This document shows positions 30,880 through 40,200 of a stretch of DNA of 64,000 nt, piece after piece; positions within the stretch are counted from its first letter, which is position 1, and each line of letters begins with the position of its first letter. Position numbers and translations under genes: made by a program. This stretch comes from an uncultured Bacillales bacterium (GTDB lineage: Bacteria > Bacillota_I > Bacilli_A > RFN20 > CAG-288), in NCBI GenBank assembly GCA_949287425.1, contig CASEGJ010000007.1, forward strand, positions 17,232 through 81,231, in the 5' to 3' direction. The notes below the pieces were generated by a model. That model made no database searches. It was not told where the DNA came from and was given only the letters and a program-made list of their open reading frames with translations.

Positions 30880-31166
30880 ACGTCGAACAAACTAGTTATG
30901 GAGTACCTGAAGTTTTAAAACACTATGATAAGAATGTGTTTGATATTGAAGAAAACTATATAAATGTTTCTGCACCATATGGTGCAGAAAAAATTATTTC
31001 AGTTATAAAATCTAATTCAAATGTATTGTAAGATGCTTTAGAAAAATTGTGTAATAAATCACGTGTCACAATTTCTAGAATCATTAAGAAATTGAAAAAA
31101 ATCATAAAAGTTGTCCCAGATAAAGGTGGCCATTGGGAAATCATAGAAGAAAAGAAAAAAGATTAG
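30880..31166 (+). pseudogene. C-terminal remnant of an HATPase_c_4/wHTH-tail regulator (RecG-like 'putative DNA-binding' family)
   Basis: GVPEVLKHYDKNVFDIEENYINVSAPYGAEKIISVIKSNSNVL-TAA-DALEKLCNKSRVTISRIIKKLKKIIKVVPDKGGHWEIIEE resembles the tail of that family as recalled from memory. In-frame TAA at 31029-31031. No N-terminal part is present. Confidence 0.35.
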
Positions 31167-31384
31167 AACTATTAAACTTAGTAAGAAAAGATTTGATATT
31201 ATCAATATTTAATATTGTTGATTTTTAATATGATTATGCTACTTTTTTAAATAAACAAAATGCAACATTTTTGAAACGTTATGTTGCACTTACTATTAAA
31301 GTTAGCAAAACAAAACTGTTTTTAGTGTATTAACTATATTTTTAACATTTAATGTGATACAATCCAACTATTGGAAATGTCAAA

Positions 31385-34087
31385 ATGAATGAACATAAAG
31401 TATTGATTTATCATTATTCTTCAAAAAACAGAAAATGGTATGATGCAACTAACAGCGTTCTTTGGTATGGTGATAATAAAAAAGCGTGGAGAGTCCTATT
31501 TGTTAATTCAAAACGATATTTTTATGTTTCATTTTCAAATATGAAAATTTATGATAGTCCAAAAAGAGTGGATTTTCTAGAATTATATTATAAGAATTCA
31601 CGTTGTTTTAACGTTAAAGAACTTCTTTGTTTTAATGGACAAATCTATAAAATTTTTTATGAAAACGGCCATACTTGTATAGCTCTTCCTTCTGAAATAA
31701 AAATAGTAAAGGATGTCCTTAAAAATAATAAGCAAGCAAGTGAAATTATGGCTTATTATCATAAAGTTGTTCAAGAAACTATCCATACTAAAGAAGATCA
31801 ATTTTTGCTTCAACAATTTGATAATATCGATATTGTTAGTGAAGAAAGTGTTCTATCTTTATATTTAAATGGTCAATTAGAAAAAAGCAATTTGAAGTTG
31901 GCACATCCTATTATTTCACCTTTTGGTATAAATTTAAGCCAGTTAAAGGCAATAGAAATGGCTTTTAATAATAGAATATCAATTATTGAAGGTCCACCAG
32001 GAACTGGAAAAACACAAACTATTTTAAATTTAATTGCAAATGCTCTTATAAATAAGATGTCTATAGCGGTAGTATCAAATAATAATTCTGCAACAGATAA
32101 TGTATATGAGAAATTAGATAAATACGGTTATTCATTTATTGCTGCAACTTTAGGAAATAATATTAATATCGATAAGTTTTTTGAAGAATATGATATAGAA
32201 ATTCCTGCTTTTGAAAAAGTTAAAGTCGATATTGCTTCTTTAAAGGAGCTTTATAGTGATTTACCTTATTGTTTTGCCAATGAAAATAATAAGAAGATAG
32301 CAAGCGAAAAATTATCTGCAATAGAATTAGAATACAAGCATTTCTTATTAGATAATAAAGAAATAGATTTTTCTAAATTAAAATTTAAACCTGAAAAAGT
32401 AAAATCTGAAGATGTTATTAATGCACTTGTCTTTTTAAAAGAAAGCGATAAAAAGATTTCATTTTTTACTAAGCTAAAATTAAGATTTAAACTCAAGCTT
32501 AATAAATCGTTTTTTTCGAATAGTTTAGATAAATGTATAGTTTATTTTAATAATCTTTATTATCTAGCAAAAATTAATGAGATTAAAAAAGAAATCAATC
32601 AATTTGATAAAAGAATGAGCAATCAAACTTTAGAACAAAAAATAGACATGTTTACTAAATTGTCAAAGCAATATTTTGAAAATCAACTTTCTACTATATT
32701 TACTAATAATACTAGAAGTGGATATAGAAAAAATAATTATAAAAGAGAATTTATAGAGTTTGTGAAAGATTATCCTGTTATTTTAAGCTCGACTTATTCA
32801 TTAGCTAAATGTACTCAAAGAGGCTTTTTGTTTGATTATTTAATTGTTGATGAATCATCGCAAGTTAATATGGCTAGTGCAATTTTATCAATGAGAGTAG
32901 CAAAAAATATTGTAGTAGTTGGTGATATTAAGCAATTACCTCAAATTGATGATGATTTATTTAAAGAGAGAAATGAACAATTGTTAGCTAAATTTAATAT
33001 TCCTAGAACATATAGCTATTATGGAAATAGTATAATGAGTAGTCTTTTATCTTTATATGGAGATAAAACTCCTAAAACTATGCTTAAAGAGCATTATCGG
33101 TGTAATAAAGATATTATTTCGTTTTGCAATAGAAGATTTTATAATAATGAACTAATTATTTATACTAAGGACAAAAAGCAAGATTATTCGATGAAAGTAA
33201 TTAAAACTAATGCTGGTAACTATGCTAGAAAGAATCCAAATGGCAGTGGCTTATACAATCAAAGAGAGATTGATGAAATTAAACAATTGCTTAATAAAGA
33301 GGAATTGATAGATGTAGGGGTTATAGCTCCATATCGTTATCAAACTCAAATTATTATGGAACAAATAGGAGATAAAGTTGAAGCTAGTACAATTCACAAG
33401 TTTCAAGGTAGAGAAAAGAAAACAATAATTTTTTCTTCTGTAATAAATGATCCAAATGATTTTGTGGAAAATGACAATTTAATAAATGTTGCTGTTTCTA
33501 GAGCAATCGATAAGTTTATTTTAGTAACTTCAGATAAAATCGCTAAATCAAATAGCGGTGTACTTTCAGATTTAGTTAATTATATTACATACAATAATAA
33601 CTTTGGCATATTAGAAGAAGGCTCAATAAAATCTATTTATGATTTACTTTATGAAGATTACCAAAAAGAATTGGAAAAGTTTAGAAATGAACATCCTTCA
33701 AAAGACTTTGATAGCGAAAATATCACAAAAGAATTACTTAAAAATATTTTATCTGAATCTAAGTATTTAAGTCTGGATTTAAGAATGCATGTATCTTTAA
33801 AAGATTTTATTTCACTTAAAGGATTGTCTTTAACTAAGGAAGAATATAAATTTTTTAAAAATCCAAACTCTCATGTTGATTTTTTAATATATAACAAAAT
33901 GAGTAGAAAACCTGTTTTAGCGATTGAAGTTGATGGAATTTACTTTCATGAACAACAAAAAACTCAACAAGAAAGAGATATAAAAAAGAATTCAATATTA
34001 GAAAAAGCTGGTGTTAAGCTTCTTAGATTAAAAACTAATGAAAGTAGAGAAGAAGAAAGAATTAGATCTATTCTCGATTCAATTTAA
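31385..34087 (+). CDS. SF1B (Upf1/DNA2-like) helicase fused to C-terminal DUF559/Vsr-like endonuclease domain
   Basis: 900 aa. Helicase motifs: GPPGTGKTQT, LIVDESSQV, VVVGDIKQLPQI, YRCNKDII, IHKFQGREKKTIIFSSV, NVAVSRAIDKFILV. The C-terminal 71 aa (nt 33872-34084), HVDFLIY..PVLAIEVDGIYFHE...RDIKKNSILEKAGVKLLRL, match the DUF559/DUF2726 pattern. The N-terminal ~170 aa are unassigned. Confidence 0.8.
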   Translation: MNEHKVLIYHYSSKNRKWYDATNSVLWYGDNKKAWRVLFVNSKRYFYVSFSNMKIYDSPKRVDFLELYYKNSRCFNVKELLCFNGQIYKIFYENGHTCIALPSEIKIVKDVLKNNKQASEIMAYYHKVVQETIHTKEDQFLLQQFDNIDIVSEESVLSLYLNGQLEKSNLKLAHPIISPFGINLSQLKAIEMAFNNRISIIEGPPGTGKTQTILNLIANALINKMSIAVVSNNNSATDNVYEKLDKYGYSFIAATLGNNINIDKFFEEYDIEIPAFEKVKVDIASLKELYSDLPYCFANENNKKIASEKLSAIELEYKHFLLDNKEIDFSKLKFKPEKVKSEDVINALVFLKESDKKISFFTKLKLRFKLKLNKSFFSNSLDKCIVYFNNLYYLAKINEIKKEINQFDKRMSNQTLEQKIDMFTKLSKQYFENQLSTIFTNNTRSGYRKNNYKREFIEFVKDYPVILSSTYSLAKCTQRGFLFDYLIVDESSQVNMASAILSMRVAKNIVVVGDIKQLPQIDDDLFKERNEQLLAKFNIPRTYSYYGNSIMSSLLSLYGDKTPKTMLKEHYRCNKDIISFCNRRFYNNELIIYTKDKKQDYSMKVIKTNAGNYARKNPNGSGLYNQREIDEIKQLLNKEELIDVGVIAPYRYQTQIIMEQIGDKVEASTIHKFQGREKKTIIFSSVINDPNDFVENDNLINVAVSRAIDKFILVTSDKIAKSNSGVLSDLVNYITYNNNFGILEEGSIKSIYDLLYEDYQKELEKFRNEHPSKDFDSENITKELLKNILSESKYLSLDLRMHVSLKDFISLKGLSLTKEEYKFFKNPNSHVDFLIYNKMSRKPVLAIEVDGIYFHEQQKTQQERDIKKNSILEKAGVKLLRLKTNESREEERIRSILDSI

Positions 34088-34225
34088 TAAATATTATAAA
34101 TAGATTAATTATTTAAATATGAATATTTAAATCTTATATGTTTATACTTAAATAAAATAATTTGTTAGATCAAATAAGATTATAAATATACATTCTTGTT
34201 AGAATAATTAACTATCTTATTTTAT

Positions 34226-36211
34226 TTATAAAGTCATAGTTAAAAAGATTAAAAGATATGAAATTACATTGCTTGTTAAATAAGAAATACTTGAAAAGGT
34301 ATCAATAATAAAACTTCTTTCACTAAGTCTTTTCTTATAAAAGAATAAGATAGGAATTAAACATGGAATATAAATAAAATTTTCTAATCCTAAGATTTTT
34401 AACATTTCTAAATTGTTTAAATATGAAAGAGAAACAGCAAATAATATTAGAATAAAAACAATAAAAACTGTATTCATTATAAATTGATATCTATTGCCTT
34501 TTTGATATCTTAAAAAATTAGTTTCATCATAGATATTAATAAAATACGTATCTATTATTCTTTTTATAAATATAAAACCTAGAGCTAGGAAAGTATAGGA
34601 AAAATCAACTGAGGCTAAAAAAGAATTTAAATATTTGTTTGTTTCTAATATTCCTGAACTTGTTAATTGAGGATAAATTAATGAAAAGAGTAAAAACATC
34701 AATAGAGGAATAGAAATTAATCTAAAACAAATCCTTTTTGTTTTATTGCAATTTAAATTATCTAATTTATGAAATAAAAAGTAATAGATTAATGCATATA
34801 GTCCCATTGCAAAGAATAGGTTTTTAGGAAGAAAGGAGATAAGAATATTTATAAAAAAGTCACCTGAACGAGATAGATCATAAATTAAAAGACATTCTAA
34901 GCCAGTAAAGATAAGTCCTATAAATAAGTAATTCAAGGCAGTTTTTAACGGCTTATTATTAATTATTTTGCGGTTTAAGTTAATAAAAAGGATCAAGATA
35001 TTAGCTGGAGGCATACAATTTCTTAAAATATCTATGATGTTATCAATGTATTTAATTGTATGAATGTTGTTAACTTGGAAGGCGTTTGCAAATATCAAAT
35101 ACAAATTAAAAGAAGTTAGGAAATAGAAAAGCTGAGTGAAAATTATTAATCCGTTTTCTTTAATAAATGGTTCAATACTGATATCTTTTTTTAAGGCTTT
35201 ATATTCTTTAAGATTTTTACTATCAATTTCAGTGATTTCTATATCTTTTTTATTGTTTTTGTGTTTTATGATGAAATAACTAGAAAATACACTTAGTGAA
35301 ATAATTAAACCAAGACCGATAGCAAAAGAGTAGTAATAAAATTCCGATTCATGGGAATAACATTTATATTGTCCACTTTTTAAATAATCTAGATAATTAT
35401 CAAGAGTTATCGAATAATTAGCTATTAAGTTTAGATTGACAGTTTCATAAATGTCTGGAAATAATTCTTCGATTTTTAGAATAATTTCCACACTTTCAAA
35501 CATGTTTTCATCATCAGTTATTTCAGAATCATAAACTAGATCTTCATCAAGATAATTAAGGTAATAAAAATAGGTGAAAGTTGCCTGTGATTCTATATTT
35601 TCAACTTTGACTAATAATCTTCTTTCAAAAGAATCTGAATAAAATGAATATGTATAATCATATGTATCTAAATTAAATTTATAATCGATTCTACTTTGCG
35701 AAATATAATTGATATTTTCGTTAAATACGTAATCTATTTGTGTGTTATCATCAATACTAGTTGTAAAGATATAATTAGAATCGACTTTTATAGATTTGTC
35801 GATTGAATCTTTTCTAATTTCAAATAATTTATCATCGTAAAATGAAGTAGTATCATAAGAATAAGGAATACATTCTTTTACTGAAAGGGAAAATGAAATT
35901 AGTAAAATAACACTTAAAATAAACGAAATTATTAAAGTAAACTTTGAAGAAAATATCTTTATTAATTTAGTTGAAGACTTTTCTTCTTTATTAAAAAGAT
36001 AAGGATAATGTAAATCACTTTCTTCATTATATTCATCTAAAGAAATCGATAGAGCATTGATTAATTTTTCCTTTTCTTTTTTTCGAGGATAACTATTTCC
36101 ATTTTCAATATCTTTTAAACGATAAATAGGGATTTTAGTTAATTTCTTTAAATCTTCAAAAGAATAATTTAAAGCTTCTCTTTTTTCTTTTTGAACTTTG
36201 TTCCACTCCAT
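34226..36211 (-). CDS. Membrane-anchored XRE-family HTH protein with large polytopic C-terminal domain
   Basis: ATG 36211. N-terminus LNYSFEDLKKLTKIPIYRLKDIENGNSYP is HTH_3-like. A TM helix, a ~220-aa extracytoplasmic segment and about 10 TM helices follow. The ORF-track TTG start at 36232 is less likely. Confidence 0.6.
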   Translation of the reverse strand: MEWNKVQKEKREALNYSFEDLKKLTKIPIYRLKDIENGNSYPRKKEKEKLINALSISLDEYNEESDLHYPYLFNKEEKSSTKLIKIFSSKFTLIISFILSVILLISFSLSVKECIPYSYDTTSFYDDKLFEIRKDSIDKSIKVDSNYIFTTSIDDNTQIDYVFNENINYISQSRIDYKFNLDTYDYTYSFYSDSFERRLLVKVENIESQATFTYFYYLNYLDEDLVYDSEITDDENMFESVEIILKIEELFPDIYETVNLNLIANYSITLDNYLDYLKSGQYKCYSHESEFYYYSFAIGLGLIISLSVFSSYFIIKHKNNKKDIEITEIDSKNLKEYKALKKDISIEPFIKENGLIIFTQLFYFLTSFNLYLIFANAFQVNNIHTIKYIDNIIDILRNCMPPANILILFINLNRKIINNKPLKTALNYLFIGLIFTGLECLLIYDLSRSGDFFINILISFLPKNLFFAMGLYALIYYFLFHKLDNLNCNKTKRICFRLISIPLLMFLLFSLIYPQLTSSGILETNKYLNSFLASVDFSYTFLALGFIFIKRIIDTYFINIYDETNFLRYQKGNRYQFIMNTVFIVFILILFAVSLSYLNNLEMLKILGLENFIYIPCLIPILFFYKKRLSERSFIIDTFSSISYLTSNVISYLLIFLTMTL

Positions 36212-36353
36212 AGAAATATTATAAAAAATCAAATCTTTTTAATCTATTGTTTTCTTATAGATATAGTCATTAAAGCTTGATTTTTATTGAAAAAGAAATT
36301 TTTAAAATATAAAATATAGGTGCTAGTTAATAATACCTTGCCTCTCTCAGTGC

Positions 36354-36383
36354 TTAAAACTGTCCTGGGGGGGGGGGTAATAT
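36354..36383 (+). promoter_or_regulatory. Putative promoter whose spacer contains a G11 tract
   Basis: TTAAAA (36354-36359), 18-nt spacer (c tgtcct G11), TAATAT (36378-36383). Confidence 0.4.
36367..36377 (+). repeat. Homopolymeric G11 tract
   Basis: Counted directly: 4 G at 36367-36370 plus 7 G at 36371-36377. Confidence 0.95.
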
Positions 36384-36443
36384 TAGAATAATGTTATATC
36401 CTCAGATGGATCTAGGTGAAAGAAACTAGGTCTGTTTTTTATT

Positions 36444-36452
36444 GGGGGGGGG
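36444..36452 (+). repeat. Homopolymeric G9 tract at the RBS / N-terminal extension of the DUF2971 gene
   Basis: Counted directly. It ends 8 nt before ATG 36461. It is also read as W-G-G-D in the GTG-36416 frame. Confidence 0.95.
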
Positions 36453-36460
36453 ATATAAAG

Positions 36461-37252
36461 ATGTTAATTTATCATTTCACTACGATGAAAAATTTGGAGT
36501 GTATTTTAAATTCTAAATTATTAAAATTTTCAAAACTTGAACATTCAAATGATCCGCTTGAGCATTTATATTCAAAACAATTAATTGATAAATTTGTAAA
36601 GCAATTATATCCAGATAATTATCAGGATATACTATCTCATTTTCATATGAATGTTTCTAATAATAATGATTTGTATTTAAATGGAATTTGTTTTTCAAAA
36701 AAATTGAATGATGTACATAATTGGATGGAATATGGCGATCATGGCTATGGTGTTGCTTTAGGATTTGATTATGATAAATTGAAAGAAATTTTTGAAGAAA
36801 ATAATCTTAGTGGATATATTGATTTAAATAATGTTATTTATTCTAGAGCAAGTGTTTTAAGAAAAATTAGTAAAATTGCTAGTTTGTCAACTAATCCTAT
36901 TGAAGCTGGCCGTAAATTAGGAAGATTATATCAGCGCATAAAGCAACCTTCATATTTTGTTGAATATGAATGTCGTATAGTACATTTACCTTCTGAATAT
37001 ACTGATGAATTTAATAAATCAAATATTTTTAGTGGATTATTATTTTTTTATGATGAAACTCTTAATAGTTATGTTTTAAATCTTGAAATGTTATATGAAA
37101 AAGACGTATTTAAAAAAATAGTTTTTGGATGTAATGTAAAACAATATATTCCTAAAATTGTCAAACAACAATTTTCAAAGAATTTTATGAATATAAAATA
37201 TGAATATTCTAATGTTATTGTGAAGAAAAAGGAGGAAAAACATAATGATTAA
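36461..37252 (+). CDS. DUF2971 family protein
   Basis: MLIYHFTTMKNLECILNSKLLKFSKLEHSNDPLE, CFSKKLNDVHNWMEYGDHGYGVALGFD and YFVEYECRIV match the DUF2971 pattern. A possible GTG start at 36416 is in frame through the G9 tract. Confidence 0.7.
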   Translation: MLIYHFTTMKNLECILNSKLLKFSKLEHSNDPLEHLYSKQLIDKFVKQLYPDNYQDILSHFHMNVSNNNDLYLNGICFSKKLNDVHNWMEYGDHGYGVALGFDYDKLKEIFEENNLSGYIDLNNVIYSRASVLRKISKIASLSTNPIEAGRKLGRLYQRIKQPSYFVEYECRIVHLPSEYTDEFNKSNIFSGLLFFYDETLNSYVLNLEMLYEKDVFKKIVFGCNVKQYIPKIVKQQFSKNFMNIKYEYSNVIVKKKEEKHND

Positions 37253-40200
37253 AAGAAATTTGAAATTGGCCACACTATTTCTATTAATTTTTTCCTTTGC
37301 TTTAGCAAGTTGTAGTAATGATGGAAAAGGTGTTTCATCAAGTAGCACTAATAAATGGAGTGATATTTTATCAAATATTAGTGATAGTGATGATAATAGC
37401 ACTTCTACTCATGAACATACCTTTAGTAGTTCATATGAATATGATGATACTTATCACTGGCATCCTTCTACATGTGGACATGATGTACAAGGTGATAAAG
37501 AAAAGCATAAATTTACAACATCAATAACTAATCCAACATATGAAAAAGGTGGATATACTACTTATACTTGTTTAGTATGTGGTTATTCATATATTGATAA
37601 TAAAACTGATGCTTTGCCTATTACTATCACATGGAAAAATTACGATGGAACGATATTAGAAGTTGATAAAAATGTTACTTATGGCAGTATACCTAGTTAT
37701 GATGGGTCAACTCCAATAAGAGAAAGCGATGGAGTTAATAATTATTATTTTATAGGTTGGACTCCTGAAGTTAAAAAAGCAACTGAAAGTACAACATATA
37801 CCGCAACATTCACTGATGAAGAAATTACTTATACTATTGATTTTGATTTAAATGGTGGTACTTCAAATTCATATAAAGGTCCAATTGAAGTAAAGACATT
37901 TAGTAAAGATATGTTTTTCTTTGATTGTGTTAAAGAAGATTGGTCTTTTAGAGGTTGGGAATATAAAGGAGAAAAAATCTTTGATGAAAATGGCAATCAA
38001 CTAAAAAATATTACTTTAGTTGATAATATGGTTTTTAAAGCTATTTATTCTCAAACTGTTAAATTATCAATTGTTAGTAATATTCCTGGAGCGGGGACTA
38101 TTACTGGTGATGGTGAATATCCATATAATACTTATGTCGATGTATCAGTTAAGCCTAATCAAGGTTATGTATTTATTGGTTGGTACTACCAAGATACTTT
38201 ACTGTCAAATACTGAAGATTATAAATATATGATGTGGGATCAAGATATTACATTGGAAGCGAGATTCCAATTAGATTCATTTACCATGCATGTTTATAGT
38301 AATAGTGAAGACCTTGGTTTAGTTTTATTAAGATCTAATATAAATAATAATTATTTAACTGAATATAGTGAACAGAGAAAATATACATCTGAGGTCACCA
38401 TTGCCGCTTATTCTAAAACTGATGTTAGATTCTTAGGCTGGTATGATGAAAATAATGAGTTAGTTACTACAAATGCTGTATATACCTTTGTTATGCCTAA
38501 CCATGATTATACGTTAGAAGCTAAATGGAATTATTTTAAAATTAACTACAATTTAAATGGTGGTACTAATAGTGAAAATAATCCAGAATATTTTGATATA
38601 GATGATAATGAGATTATTCTTTCTAATCCAACAAGAGATGATAAAGACTTTGTAGGATGGAAATATAATGGTGAACTTATTGATAAAATTGATTCATCTA
38701 TTATTAATAATGGCAAAGATATAACTTTAGAAGCTGTTTGGAGCAATTATACATATAGTATCCTTGAAGATGATAATGGTGATAAATACATTAGTATTAC
38801 TGGATGGGAAAATCCTAGTGAAGAATTAGTTATTCTAGAAACACTGAATATAAATGGTGAAAATATTCCAATAAAAGAAATTGGCGCAAATGCATTTAAG
38901 GATAATAAAAAATTAAAATCTGTTACTATTCCAAATAATATTACTAGAATTGGAAGCTCAGCTTTCTCTGGATGTATCAATTTAGAAACGATAAATATTA
39001 GTGAAAATAGCCATCTCGAAATAATAGGCGATTCAGCGTTTTACAATTGTGAATTACTAAATTTTATTAATATTCCGAATTGTGTTCAAACAATTAGCGA
39101 CTCTGCTTTCTCTGGCTGCTCCTCTTTAACTTCTATTATCATTAATAATAGCGTTACCACAATAGGAAACTATGCTTTCAGTGAGTGTTCTAACTTAACC
39201 ATTTATTGTAAATTCGCATCTAAACCTAGTACTTGGAAGTCTAATTGGAATTATTCAAATTGTCCAGTTATATGGTCGTGTGAAGGGGGAGGCATATATA
39301 GTGGATTAAGATATACCATTTATGAGGAAAATAATAAGTTGTTTATTACAATTACAGATTATTTAGGAACTGATCAAAATGTAATTATTCCTAGTACAAT
39401 TAGCATCGGTAATGAAGATATACCAGTTACTTCTATTGATGAAAAAGCTTTTTATAATTGCAATTCGCTTGTTTCAATAACTATACCAGATAGTGTTACC
39501 ATGATTGGTGATAGTGCTTTTTATGGCTGTTCCTCACTAACTTCAATAACAATCTCTGATAGTGTAACAACAATTGGCTCGCAAGCTTTTAATGGTTGTT
39601 CTTCTATTACTATTTACTGTGAAGCTGCATCCAAACCTAGTGGTTGGAGTTCAAGTTGGAATTCTTCATATAGACCAGTTGTATGGAATTCTCTAGGTGG
39701 TGGAATCTATAACGAATTTAAATATGTCATTCTAATAGATGATAATGATGAACCATATATTGAAATTACAGATTATTTGGGTTCAGATAATGAAAATGTA
39801 ATTATTCCTAATGTAATTAATATTGGTAATAAAAATATATCGGTTACTTCAATTGGTCGTGAAGCTTTCAGTAATTCATCCCTATCCTCAATTATCATTC
39901 CAAATAATATAACAGCAATAGGATACTATGCTTTCTCAAACTGTACTAATTTAGAATCTATAACATTCGAAGAGAATAGTCAGTTAACAGCAATAGGTGA
40001 GTATGTTTTCTCTGGCTGTACTTCATTAATATCTATCATTATTCCAGATAGTATTACTTCAATTGAAAGTGATGCTTTTTCAGGTTGTACTAATCTAGAA
40101 TCTATAATATTTGGAGAGAATAGTCAGTTACAAATAATAGGTGATTACGCTTTTTCTAACTGTTCATCCTTAACTTCAATTACTATTCCAGATAGTGTTA

